A DNA stretch of 64,000 bases from Candidatus Acidiferrales bacterium (GCA_035307965.1 DATGHO010000038.1:9904-73903); one strand, 5' to 3'. Shown: positions 19,791 to 29,006, counted from the first letter of the stretch. A program made the numbers and translations. Notes: generated by a model not told the origin, from the sequence alone.

Positions 19791-19972
19791 TTTTTGATGC
19801 AGTGGCGAGTGGCTAGTGGCGAGTGACTAGATGGTTTGCGCTCCACAGCTGCGCAAATAGGAAGTCGAGAATCTGCCCGTCTGTTCCATTTTGGGAATTG
19901 AGTGCTGGCGATTGGCGCTGGCTTTGACTGCGGCGCGGGCGGCGAATTGGAGGTGCGTCCTGACATCGGCCA

Positions 19973-20227
19973 GTGGTAGCACGGAGCGGGCGCGGCGGGC
20001 AAGGGAATTGCAGCGAATGGGGAAAAACGATGAGTGAATGGGTGAGCGGGATCGTGCATGGGCGGCGCGCGATTACGCCGGAAACGGCGCTGCGGCTCGG
20101 GCGACTGTTCGGCACCACGGCGGAGTTTTGGGTGAATCTGCAGACGCGTTATGACCTGGAAATGACGCGCGGCCAGCAGGAGAAGAAGGTGGAGCGGGAA
20201 GTGCAGCCATTGCGGACTTTTGGATGA
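19973..20227 (+). pseudogene. Truncated/decayed HigA-family (XRE HTH) antitoxin remnant
   Basis: Only the C-terminal part survives in frame: ...SGIVHGRRAITPETALRLGRLFGTTAEFWVNLQTRYDLE... The usual N-terminal ~40 aa and any higB partner are missing. Upstream sequence is similar only in shifted frames. Confidence 0.6.
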
Positions 20228-20335
20228 ATCGAAAGCGCACGCTGGGTAATCTGCAAGGCTGGAAAAGCGAAAAGCCGCGTTTCCGCGGCCATTGTGCTTC
20301 TCTCAAATTTGCGACTGGCTTGCAGCCGGTGAAGT

Positions 20336-21346
20336 CTAGCGGGTCTTTACTGTCGCGCGCTCGCTCTGCATGGGAAGATGCTTCGGCTGGGAAGATGGAA
20401 GCTCATTTTCTCCGCTGCTGCAGCCAATGGGTTCAGCTGCCTCTAAGAACCCTTCGATGACGTTTTTCAGTCGAGCCAGGGCGCCCAGGGTACGAGCCTT
20501 TTCGAAATCAGACACGAACACGTCTCGGAAAAAGCCTCCTCTTGCGCCCTGTTCTAGCTCTTTTTCTACGCCCATCAGGGCGTCGATGAAGTCGTTCACC
20601 TTTTGCTGCAGAGTCTTTTTTATCTCAGTCCCGAGGCGGGTTTTTCCGTAGACCGAGTCGGCCAGTTCTTTCCGAGCCAAGTCATATATTTCAATGAGGG
20701 GCTTGCCAGGATTCTTGATGACTGTTGTCATGAACTTGGCAGTGACAAAGCGATTTGACAGGTGATTCTGTTTGATGAAAGTTGCGGTCTCAGCTTGCCT
20801 GCGGTGATCGTCAAGTCTTCCCAACTGGTGGGCGATTGTATAGTCCAGTTCCCCCTCGAAGAATTGCTCGCGAAGTTTGGGTGAGAGTCGGACGATTCTC
20901 ATGCGTTCGCGTAGTTGCTCCGCCTTGACCCCCAGTTTTGGCGCGACCTTGCCCCATTCGTCGGGACGGTCCCAAACGCCCAAAGCTTTGAGGCCCGTTT
21001 CTAGTGCAGTGACTTGCTCTTGAAATGTATAGTCGCGTGTTTGCATCATCCGACTGATTTTCCGGACGAGCAAATCGTTCTCGCTTGGCCGAGGAATAAT
21101 AATTGCGCTGAGGGTCTTCAGTCCCCCGGCCTTCGCGGCTCTCCACCTCCGTTCACCATCGAACAGGTCGTAAATAACTCTGCCCCGTTCATTGCCACGG
21201 GCAAACACCTGAATGGGGTCTGTCTGCCCTATCTGGGTAAGATTCTCCGCCAGCGAGTCAATATCGGCGGAATCAAATGTTTTCCTTAGGTTATCCGGGT
21301 CCGGCTGGATGTCCTCGATTGCGATTTCGCGAATGTTTTCTTTCAT
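20336..21346 (-). CDS. ParB/Srx-fold N-terminal domain protein (ParB-like CTPase/nuclease superfamily) with unrelated C-terminal half
   Basis: The N-terminal motif is IEDIQPDPDNLRK and the arginine box is DGERRWRAAK (GxRRxRA). An HTH-like middle segment follows. The gene lies 5 nt downstream of the preceding ORF and the sequence is lower-GC. Confidence 0.75.
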   Translation of the reverse strand: MKENIREIAIEDIQPDPDNLRKTFDSADIDSLAENLTQIGQTDPIQVFARGNERGRVIYDLFDGERRWRAAKAGGLKTLSAIIIPRPSENDLLVRKISRMMQTRDYTFQEQVTALETGLKALGVWDRPDEWGKVAPKLGVKAEQLRERMRIVRLSPKLREQFFEGELDYTIAHQLGRLDDHRRQAETATFIKQNHLSNRFVTAKFMTTVIKNPGKPLIEIYDLARKELADSVYGKTRLGTEIKKTLQQKVNDFIDALMGVEKELEQGARGGFFRDVFVSDFEKARTLGALARLKNVIEGFLEAAEPIGCSSGENELPSSQPKHLPMQSERATVKTR

Positions 21347-21351
21347 GATCT

Positions 21352-22131
21352 CTAAGGTTTCGACCTATCTAATTTTGCCGCGCCCTCACCCAACTCTTTT
21401 GGATCCTTCCCGATTATTTGCTTAAATATCTCATACATTTCGATGAGGTCGGAAAGTTCTTTATTTGCTCTGCGCTGAAGGTCAACATATGCCTTCGTTT
21501 GTTTCGCAAATATACGGAGCCGCCTGTCCTTTGGGTTCGTAAGCTGCTCGAAGTCTCCGAAGGTCATTCCACTATCCATGTTCAGTGCGGCCAGCCGCAG
21601 AGAACGAATTTCAATTGCGTTGTATCGCTCTTCAAATTCCTTCAGTAGCGCTTTGCGGTCAGGCCCTGGTGGAAGGCCCCGGGCATAACTTTCCAATGAC
21701 TTTGCTTGGGCCAGCTGGACGCGCGTCGCAGAACGAGTGCGAGTTCGGAATTCCTTTGACACCGTGTGTTCGATTTGGCCCGCCGCAAAGTAGCCCAGTA
21801 TTGGCGTTCGAAAGCCGTTCACTACTTTTGCGACTAAGTGCCAGCGGATCTCGCGGCCACGCCGATGCCAAATGAATCCCCACCCCTCAAAAGCTCCCTC
21901 AAACATGGCCCTGCATGCCACCCGCACCTTCTCAAATTCCTCATTTGCATGCCGCAGCACTCTTGCATCATACGCGGCGCGTTGCAGCGGGTCTGTTGGT
22001 GGTGGGCCTTCTAAAAGGCGGCCTATTTCTTCGCGGGTAAGGCCGGCCAAATTATTCTGTTCGATAATCTCTTGAACCCGAAGGCAGTACCGCTGGAACA
22101 CTGGGTCGAGAATGAATGAGGGCATGGCCAT
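21352..22131 (-). CDS. Hypothetical protein (about 260-275 aa), first gene of the ParB-like cassette
   Basis: This is a long clean ORF with helical, charged composition. No Walker A or any other motif was recognised. Alternative starts are ATG 22125 and GTG 22179. Confidence 0.6.
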   Translation of the reverse strand: MAMPSFILDPVFQRYCLRVQEIIEQNNLAGLTREEIGRLLEGPPPTDPLQRAAYDARVLRHANEEFEKVRVACRAMFEGAFEGWGFIWHRRGREIRWHLVAKVVNGFRTPILGYFAAGQIEHTVSKEFRTRTRSATRVQLAQAKSLESYARGLPPGPDRKALLKEFEERYNAIEIRSLRLAALNMDSGMTFGDFEQLTNPKDRRLRIFAKQTKAYVDLQRRANKELSDLIEMYEIFKQIIGKDPKELGEGAAKLDRSKP

Positions 22132-22259
22132 ATCTCCGAGAACTGGTGAGTGTATCACGTCCGAGTCCGCGAGGCGCACTATAGTTTATGCGATCATACT
22201 TACGACATGGGTACACATCGTTAAGCCACCAACCGGCTGGAGAGCCTACGCCACTTCGA

Positions 22260-24305
22260 CTACTTCAAGTCGGGAGGCAAGGGGTCGGACCAGATGTAGT
22301 GGGCGAACCAGTTGTAATTTTCCTGGGTGACGGCGCGAAGCTCTTTGGGTTTGGTGATGGGATGGCCGAAGCCGGTGTAGAGGACGAACTTCACGGGGAC
22401 GCCGCGGTCTTGCAGTCCATGATACAGCTCGAAAGAGTCCGGGACCGGGACGCGCGCGTCTTTGCTGCCTTGCTGGATGAGCGTGGGCGTGTGCGCGTGG
22501 TTGATGTAAGTGATGGGCGAAGTTTTTTTGTAAATTTCGGGATCGCTCCAGGGAGTGGCGCGCAAATACTGGCGCGTGAAGGGCGTGATGTCGGTGTTGA
22601 CGTAGTAGGTCATCCAGTCGGAAATGCCGGCGCCGACGGACACGGCGCAGAACTGGTCGCTGTAAGTGGTGATGAACGCGGAAATGTAGCCGCCTTCGCT
22701 CCAGCCCATGGAGCCGACGCGTTTGGGGTCCACGTAGCCCTGCGAAATTAAGTAATTCACGCCGGAAATGACGTCAGCGTAATCTCCTACGCCTAAATTG
22801 CGGACGTTGAGCGAGCGGAATTTTGCGCCGTAGCCAGCGGAGCCGCGATAGTTGGGCTCGAGAATCAAAGCGCCGCGAGCGGCGAAAAGTTCAGTGGGAT
22901 AGTAGCGGTCGGGCGAGCGCGTGGCGCGGCTGGTTCCGGTGGGCCCGCCGTGGATTTCGACGAGCAGAGGATATTTTTTCGAGGGATCGAAATTGGCGGG
23001 CTTGATGAGGATGCCTTCGACGGGCGTGCCATCGCCGGATTTCCAGTGGATGACTTCGCGAGTGGCGAGATGGAATTGCGAATATTGAGCGGAGATGTCG
23101 GTGAGTTTTTTGGGCAAAAAGAAATTTACGGGCGAAGTGTAGATTTCGAAGAAGGCGTTGTCGGCGGCGGCCGTGTAGGCGACGCGGTGGAAGTTGTGAG
23201 TGAAGCTGAAGCCGCCAGCGGCGATTTTGTCGGGCTTGGAGATGCGCGTGACGGCTTCCGTTTGCGGATTCAAGCGGAAGAGATAGGCGTAGGTGCGCTG
23301 CTGGGCTTCGAAATAAATTCCGTCGGGCGACCATTTGATGGCGCGAGCGTCTTCGTCAAAATTGGCGGTGAGGATTTTTGGCGCGCCGCCGGAAGCGGGC
23401 ACAACGTCAATGACGGAATTCGCGTAGAAGAAATATGGGTTGCCGTTAGCGGTGTTGAAGGCAATTTGCGAGCTGTCAGGCGACCAGACGGGATTTTCGC
23501 TGGGCGTGGGAGCGCCGGCGAGTTTTTTGACGGATTTATCGGCGACAGTGAGGACGTAAATATTGGCGGTGCCGAGGTCGGCGAGCGCAGGATCTTTGCT
23601 GGCGGTGAAGGCGATGCGCGTGGAGTCGGGCGACCAGCGAAAATCGCCGACGGTGAAATTTTCGCCGGAGGTGAGGCGCGCGGGCTTGGGAAGTTCGGTG
23701 GCGTTGGGCGAAGGGACGTCAATGAGCCAGAGATGCGTCATGGTGTAATCGTCGCCGATGATTTTGTAGTCGCCGTATTTTTTGACGCGCGCTTTGTGGG
23801 CGTCGGATTCGGGATCAGGAGAAGTGAAGGCGATGTGGCGGCCGTCGGGAGAAAAATCGAAGGAGTCGACGCCGGTTTCGACGTTGGTGATTTGGCGGGC
23901 TTCGCCGCCGGTTGGGGAAATTAAATAGAGCTGCGCGGTATCTTTTTTGGCGTTGGGGAGCGAGGATTCGCGCGAGGAAAGAAAGGCGAGCTGTTGGCCG
24001 TCGGGCGACCAGCGCGGATCGGTGCCGGACTTTGCGCCTTCGGTGAGCGGGAAAGTTTGGCCGGTGGCGATGTTGGCGAGCCAGATTTGCTGGACGAAGG
24101 CGTTTTGGTCCCAGTCGGTGTGCGTGAGTTGGTAGGCGACGAAGCGGCCGTCGGGAGAAATTTGCGGATTGGAGACGGATTTCATGGAGAGCGCTTGCTC
24201 GATGGTAGGCGCGGAGGGCGCTGCGGAGTTGGATTGCGCGAGCGCGGCGCAGGGGAGAAGAAAAATTGCAACAACTAAGGGCGCGATTCGCAGAGCTTTT
24301 TGCAT
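22260..24305 (-). CDS. S9-family serine peptidase (prolyl oligopeptidase / acylaminoacyl peptidase) with N-terminal beta-propeller
   Basis: A signal peptide is followed by TolB/WD40-like repeats (SPDG...). The nucleophile elbow is GWSEGGY. C-terminal Asp/His regions are present. Confidence 0.9.
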   Translation of the reverse strand: MQKALRIAPLVVAIFLLPCAALAQSNSAAPSAPTIEQALSMKSVSNPQISPDGRFVAYQLTHTDWDQNAFVQQIWLANIATGQTFPLTEGAKSGTDPRWSPDGQQLAFLSSRESSLPNAKKDTAQLYLISPTGGEARQITNVETGVDSFDFSPDGRHIAFTSPDPESDAHKARVKKYGDYKIIGDDYTMTHLWLIDVPSPNATELPKPARLTSGENFTVGDFRWSPDSTRIAFTASKDPALADLGTANIYVLTVADKSVKKLAGAPTPSENPVWSPDSSQIAFNTANGNPYFFYANSVIDVVPASGGAPKILTANFDEDARAIKWSPDGIYFEAQQRTYAYLFRLNPQTEAVTRISKPDKIAAGGFSFTHNFHRVAYTAAADNAFFEIYTSPVNFFLPKKLTDISAQYSQFHLATREVIHWKSGDGTPVEGILIKPANFDPSKKYPLLVEIHGGPTGTSRATRSPDRYYPTELFAARGALILEPNYRGSAGYGAKFRSLNVRNLGVGDYADVISGVNYLISQGYVDPKRVGSMGWSEGGYISAFITTYSDQFCAVSVGAGISDWMTYYVNTDITPFTRQYLRATPWSDPEIYKKTSPITYINHAHTPTLIQQGSKDARVPVPDSFELYHGLQDRGVPVKFVLYTGFGHPITKPKELRAVTQENYNWFAHYIWSDPLPPDLK

Positions 24306-24387
24306 GCGGCCTCCAACTTCGGCGTAAAGGATTTGCTACCTATGCGCGGCGGCGCGAGTATACTACGCACTTTGCCGAGGAGAAATC

Positions 24388-26637
24388 ATGAAGAGCTATT
24401 TGCTCAGGTTGTGCGCAGCGGGGATTTTCTTGTGCGGATTTTGCGCTGGAGTGAATGCGCAGGCAGGAGCGGCGCAGACGCCGGCACAAACGCCAGCTCC
24501 GCAAACGCAGGCGGGCGCGAATTTGCAGTTGGTGCCGCAGGCGCGGGAGGTGAAACAAGCTGGGGGAGAGGCGTTTCGCGTGACGCGGCGGACGAGGATT
24601 GTTGTCACGAGGAGTTTTGGGCGGGATTTTGAGGGCGCGCAGATGCTTTCGGACGAGATTGCGCGTTGGACGGGATGGAAGTTGAAAATTGAGGATGCCA
24701 GAGAGATGCCGGGCGGGTCGGACTTCATTTACATTGGCAGCGTGCCGGAGGATTCGAAGCTGCGCACCTCGCTGGTGAACAGCGGGCTGGCGATGCAGAA
24801 CGGATTTGACGCGCAAGGGTACGCGATTCTGGCGGAGCGGCGGCGGATTCTGGTGGGCGGCGCGAGCGAGCAGGGCGCGTTTTACGGAGTGCAAACGCTG
24901 CGGCAGTTGCTGCGGCCTGCGAATAGCCAGAGGGCAGAAGCAGGTTCCTCGGCGACGTCCGCAAAAGCCGCGGCCGGCCTCGGAATGACAAGCTACGTTG
25001 GCGAGTTGGAATGCCCGGCGGTGGCGATTCGCGACTGGCCGGCGATGAAGTGGCGGGGCCTGAGCGTGGACATCAGCCGCGGGCCGGTGCCGACGCTCGA
25101 GTTCATGGAGAAGCAGGTGCGCGTGCTGGCAGGATACAAATTGAACATGTACGCGCTGTATATGGAAGACGTTTTCATGGTGAAAGGGAATCAGATTTTC
25201 GCGCCGCCGGACGCGCTGTCGCCGGAGGAGATCACGCAACTGGTGGACTATGCGAAAAAATATTATGTGACGATTGTGCCGGAGCTGGAGACGTTTGGGC
25301 ATCTGCACAATGTGCTGCGTTACGACTTGTACAGCGATTTGGCGGAGACGCCGCATGGAGCGGTGCTGACGCCGACGCAGCCGGGAACTTACGATTTGCT
25401 GGGGAAATTGATCGCGCAAATGGTGCCGCTGTTTCCCGGGCCGTTTTTTCACATTGGCGCGGATGAAACGTTCGAGCTGGGGCAGGGACAAACGAAACAG
25501 TTGATCGCGCAGGAAGGGCTGGGGCCGGTTTATCTGGCGCATATCGCGAAACTGGACGGCATGATGAAGCCGTATCACAAGACGACCATGTTCTGGGCAG
25601 ACATCGCGGAGAAATTTCCGCAATTGCTGCCAACGCTGCCGAAGGATTTGATTCCGGTGATTTGGACGTACGGCGTTAAGCCGTCGTACGACGCAGATCT
25701 CGAGCCGTTCAAGAATGCCGGATTGCAGATATTTGTTTCGCCGGGAATTGATAACTGGCGGAAGGTGTATCCGGATTTCAATGCGGGATTCATGAACATA
25801 CGGAATTTAACGCGCGACGGGCAGAAATATGGCGCGATAGGGCAATTGAATACGGAATGGAAAGATATGGGCGAAGAGCTGGGAGGAATGGACTGGCCGG
25901 GATTGGTGTTTGGCGCGGCGTGCGCGTGGCAGCCGGGAGAATCTTCCGTGGAGCAATTCGAGGACAGCTACGATTGGGCGTTTTACAGGAATACGGATCA
26001 TACGTTCGAAGACATTTTGAACAAATTGGCGGGGACAAACACGCTGATGGATGGCGCGAAGATGGATGCGACGCAAGTGTCGTACTTCTGGGCGTCGCCA
26101 TTTTCGAAATTGGGCGCGGAGGATGCGGAGAAGGCGGCTCCGGTGGCGCATGAGTTGCGTATCGATGCGGAGCAGGCGTGGGAATCGTTGCTCGAGAATC
26201 GCGCGAAGGCGCGAATGAACGCGGACACGCTGGACGATCTGGTTTTTGCGGCGCAGCGGCTGGATACGCTGGGCATGAAACTGGAATACACGCAGGAGAT
26301 GAGCGAATTGTACTGGAATGCGTACATGGATATGGCGAACGGCAGCGACGTGAGCAACGATTTGCTTGGGATTAGCTCGGTGAATGGGCGTCTGCAGGAT
26401 TTGCGCGAGAAGCTGACGCAATTGCGCGCCATGTACGCGGAGCGCTGGCGCGCGGAGAATCGCGAGACGTGGCTGAGCAACGTGCTGGTGCGCTATGACA
26501 CGCTGGCGGAGGAGGTGCAGGCGAAAATCAATCAGGTGGATGCGCTGCGCGATGATTTTTGGCAGGTGAGGGAATTGCCGCCGCCGGAAAACATGGGATT
26601 TTTTGTGCGCCCGCCGCGGCCCGGCCCGCAGCCGTAA
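24388..26637 (+). CDS. Glycoside hydrolase family 20 beta-N-acetylhexosaminidase-like protein
   Basis: The signal peptide is MKSYLLRLCAAGIFLCGFCAGVNA. The motifs IRDWPAMKWRG and HIGADE (catalytic D-E pair) are present. A long helical C-terminal extension follows. Confidence 0.85.
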   Translation: MKSYLLRLCAAGIFLCGFCAGVNAQAGAAQTPAQTPAPQTQAGANLQLVPQAREVKQAGGEAFRVTRRTRIVVTRSFGRDFEGAQMLSDEIARWTGWKLKIEDAREMPGGSDFIYIGSVPEDSKLRTSLVNSGLAMQNGFDAQGYAILAERRRILVGGASEQGAFYGVQTLRQLLRPANSQRAEAGSSATSAKAAAGLGMTSYVGELECPAVAIRDWPAMKWRGLSVDISRGPVPTLEFMEKQVRVLAGYKLNMYALYMEDVFMVKGNQIFAPPDALSPEEITQLVDYAKKYYVTIVPELETFGHLHNVLRYDLYSDLAETPHGAVLTPTQPGTYDLLGKLIAQMVPLFPGPFFHIGADETFELGQGQTKQLIAQEGLGPVYLAHIAKLDGMMKPYHKTTMFWADIAEKFPQLLPTLPKDLIPVIWTYGVKPSYDADLEPFKNAGLQIFVSPGIDNWRKVYPDFNAGFMNIRNLTRDGQKYGAIGQLNTEWKDMGEELGGMDWPGLVFGAACAWQPGESSVEQFEDSYDWAFYRNTDHTFEDILNKLAGTNTLMDGAKMDATQVSYFWASPFSKLGAEDAEKAAPVAHELRIDAEQAWESLLENRAKARMNADTLDDLVFAAQRLDTLGMKLEYTQEMSELYWNAYMDMANGSDVSNDLLGISSVNGRLQDLREKLTQLRAMYAERWRAENRETWLSNVLVRYDTLAEEVQAKINQVDALRDDFWQVRELPPPENMGFFVRPPRPGPQP
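24938..24992 (+). repeat. REP-like module R1 embedded in frame inside the GH20 CDS
   Basis: The sequence aagcaggttcctcg-[27 nt]-ctcggaatgacaag has the same two 14-nt flanks as the intergenic copy at 27315..27364. Confidence 0.75.
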
Positions 26638-26706
26638 CAAGTGGCAATCAAAAGATGAACTCCTTGCGATTGCCGTTGTAAGCGAACTAGCAATTGTTTG
26701 CTGTCA

Positions 26707-27111
26707 CTATCGCTTCAGTTTGGAAATAAGGAAATCGCGGAGGACGATGGCGCTATTGTGCTCGTTATCACGGGCGCTGTAGAGCAAAGTTACATCGCCG
26801 CGGCGGATGGCTTCGAGGAGCGCGACTAATCCCCCAGGCTCGACTGACCGTCGACCCGAGGGCCCCTTCTGTGCCGCGAAATTTGCGCGAAGTTCGGCGA
26901 GGTAACGGCGACGGAATTCGGGCCAGCGTTCGAGTTTGTGACCGTACCAGACACGCAACCGCTGGCTGGGCGCGACATCTTTGAGCCAGGCGTCGAGGTG
27001 GAGAGATTCTTTTTTGATGCCGCGCGGCCAAAGGCGTTCAACGAGGTAGCGCGAAGAGGAATTCGGGGATTTTTGATGCGGGCGGTCGTAGACGCGGGCG
27101 ACTTCAATCAT
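26707..27111 (-). CDS. DUF488 family protein (short, YeaO-like)
   Basis: The product reads MIEVARVYD...YLVERLWPRG...WLKDVAPSQRLRVWYGH...WPEFRRRYLAEL...TLLYSARD. The start was set at the ATG at 27111. The upstream track extension runs through a REP element. Confidence 0.75.
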   Translation of the reverse strand: MIEVARVYDRPHQKSPNSSSRYLVERLWPRGIKKESLHLDAWLKDVAPSQRLRVWYGHKLERWPEFRRRYLAELRANFAAQKGPSGRRSVEPGGLVALLEAIRRGDVTLLYSARDNEHNSAIVLRDFLISKLKR

Positions 27112-27314
27112 CGAAATGACTCTCAACAAAAGTATAGACGCCGCAGCGCACGCGTCGCAACAATGCTCGAGGTTGAGGAGTTCGCGTGATAATTGTGATA
27201 CGAAGCTTCCGCAGCATTCGGGCCACAAAATGAAGTCCCGTACCGGGGACGTCCGTGGAATCAGCGGCTCCCAAGAGCGGTAGTTCCAGGGGCTAAAGCC
27301 CTTCGACAAGCGAA

Positions 27315-27440
27315 AAGCAGGTTCCTCGTCAGATGCTGGTCGCATCTTCGCTCGGAATGACAAGAAAGACTTAAAGCCGCAGATCTTCGCAACAGCGCCC
27401 CCGACAAAGGGCGCCGGGGCAAGGGAACTTCTGCGCTACA
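27315..27440 (+). repeat. Composite REP-like element (module R1 27315..27364 plus module R2 27373..27440)
   Basis: R1 has conserved flanks around an AGATGC/GCATCT hairpin. R2 reads aaagccGCAGAtcTTCGC...GCGCCCccgacaaaGGGCGC...gaacTTCTGCgctaca, a nested palindrome. Related copies lie at 29194, 60061 and 32844. Confidence 0.8.
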
Positions 27441-27446
27441 GTTAAA

Positions 27447-29006
27447 TCAATTTGAGGTCTGCTGCTCGGCGTATGGCTTGGCGGCGGGTGAAGTTGCCGG
27501 AGCGTGAAGGCCGCGGGCGAAACCTTGCCTGATCAAACTGAATATTGTGCGACGATTTTCAAAGATTGTTTTCACCCACGCGAAGCGGCCCATCTGCGGG
27601 AAATAAATTCCGCGGAAGCATAGACGAGAGATCAAAATATTGATGCGGCAGCCCAAAGGCTTGTCATTGATGGACTGCACGGCCTTTTCGATGGCCTGCG
27701 GACTGTAGCAGTTGAGCCAGCCCTTTCGAACTTCTTCGTGCGCTTCATCGATGCTCATCTTCAGCGGCGTGTGCGCCATGGCAAAAGGTATGAACTCCTG
27801 CCAATGCTTGACGCGCGTAAGGCGTCCGGCGGCTTCCAGACGTTTGTAGAGCGGCGTGGAAGGCAGCGGCGTGAGCAGGCCAAAAATCGGGAGGCCAGGC
27901 GGCCAGGTGCGGATCTGGTTCAAAGTGCGTTCGGCGACGCCGACTGTGTCATTGTCCATGCCGAAAATAAAAGACGTGATGGCATAGACGTTGCGCTGGG
28001 CGAGGCGTTCGAGAACGGCGGCGTATTCCGACGGCTTGTTGAAGCCTTTTTTCACATCGGCGAGATTGGCGGGGTCGATCGATTCCATGCCGATGAAAAT
28101 CCATTTGCCTCCGGAAGCGGCAATCAAATCCACAAGCTCTTCGTCGCGCAACAGATTGGCGCTGATTTGCGCGACCCAATGAACCTGGGCGTTTGCGGCG
28201 ATGATGTCGCGCAGCAGGGATTTGGTGCGTTTGATGTTGATGGCGAAATTATCGTCGATAAAAAAGACGGCGATCTGGCCGCCTTCTTTGCGGGCGCGCG
28301 CTTTGAGCAGGAGGAGTTCGTTGACCACGCTTTCATTGGAGCGAAAGCGGATGGAGTCGCCGAAAAATCCGGTGACGGTGCAGAATTCGCATCCGTAAGG
28401 GCAGCCGCGCCCGGACTCCATGGGAATAATGCGAAAACTTCCCCAGCCATCGCCGATGCGCTTCAGGAACGGATGCAATACCTTCGGCAATAAATTGAAT
28501 TGCTTAAGTTTGATAGTGTCCCAGGGAATTTTCGGATAGGGCTGAAGCGAAGGTTTGCGTTCCTGGCCAAAGGCGTCAACTGGCGCGTAAACCTCTTTGA
28601 GCGCGCCACGGGCGGCGTCTTCGACAATTTTGGGCCAAGTCTCATCGGCTTCGCCGAGCGCGACAGCGTCGGCGTGCTGCGGGCCGCCATCTTTTCCGAG
28701 AGCCTCGTCGGCCATTTCGGTGACGTGAGGACCGCCCATGACGACTTTCGCTCCGGCGGCGCGGACAGCGTCAGCCATACGATAAGCCTTGGCGATCATT
28801 CTGGTCATGGCGCCGATGCCAACGAGGCCGATGTTGTGCTCGCGGACGTAGCGCGCGATGCTTTGCTCGTTCATGGGCTGCGCGTTGCCGTCGATCAGCA
28901 CCACTTCGTGGCCGGGAGGAGTTAATGCTTGTAAGAGGAACATCCAAAGGTGGGGCATAAAATTGCGAGTGACGCCGTTGTCCGGGTTGTACAGTAAGAT
29001 TTTCAT
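27447..29006 (-). CDS. B12-binding-domain radical SAM protein (class B rSAM)
   Basis: The N-terminal Rossmann-like cobalamin domain begins MKILLYNP... and includes GIGAMT. The CxxxCxxC motif is CPYGCEFC. The start was set at the ATG at 29006. Confidence 0.85.
   Translation of the reverse strand: MKILLYNPDNGVTRNFMPHLWMFLLQALTPPGHEVVLIDGNAQPMNEQSIARYVREHNIGLVGIGAMTRMIAKAYRMADAVRAAGAKVVMGGPHVTEMADEALGKDGGPQHADAVALGEADETWPKIVEDAARGALKEVYAPVDAFGQERKPSLQPYPKIPWDTIKLKQFNLLPKVLHPFLKRIGDGWGSFRIIPMESGRGCPYGCEFCTVTGFFGDSIRFRSNESVVNELLLLKARARKEGGQIAVFFIDDNFAINIKRTKSLLRDIIAANAQVHWVAQISANLLRDEELVDLIAASGGKWIFIGMESIDPANLADVKKGFNKPSEYAAVLERLAQRNVYAITSFIFGMDNDTVGVAERTLNQIRTWPPGLPIFGLLTPLPSTPLYKRLEAAGRLTRVKHWQEFIPFAMAHTPLKMSIDEAHEEVRKGWLNCYSPQAIEKAVQSINDKPLGCRINILISRLCFRGIYFPQMGRFAWVKTIFENRRTIFSLIRQGFARGLHAPATSPAAKPYAEQQTSN

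Noticed and set aside
19565-19795. The repeated tcgattagaa motifs could form a small CRISPR-like array.
   Set aside because: There are only three copies. They form inverted-repeat hairpins with TTCTAAT, their spacing is irregular, and no cas genes are present.
24340-25623. The 427-aa ORF (24340..25623) and the 277-aa ORF (25807..26640) on the minus strand.
   Set aside because: Both are Arg-rich shadow frames antisense to the GH20 gene.
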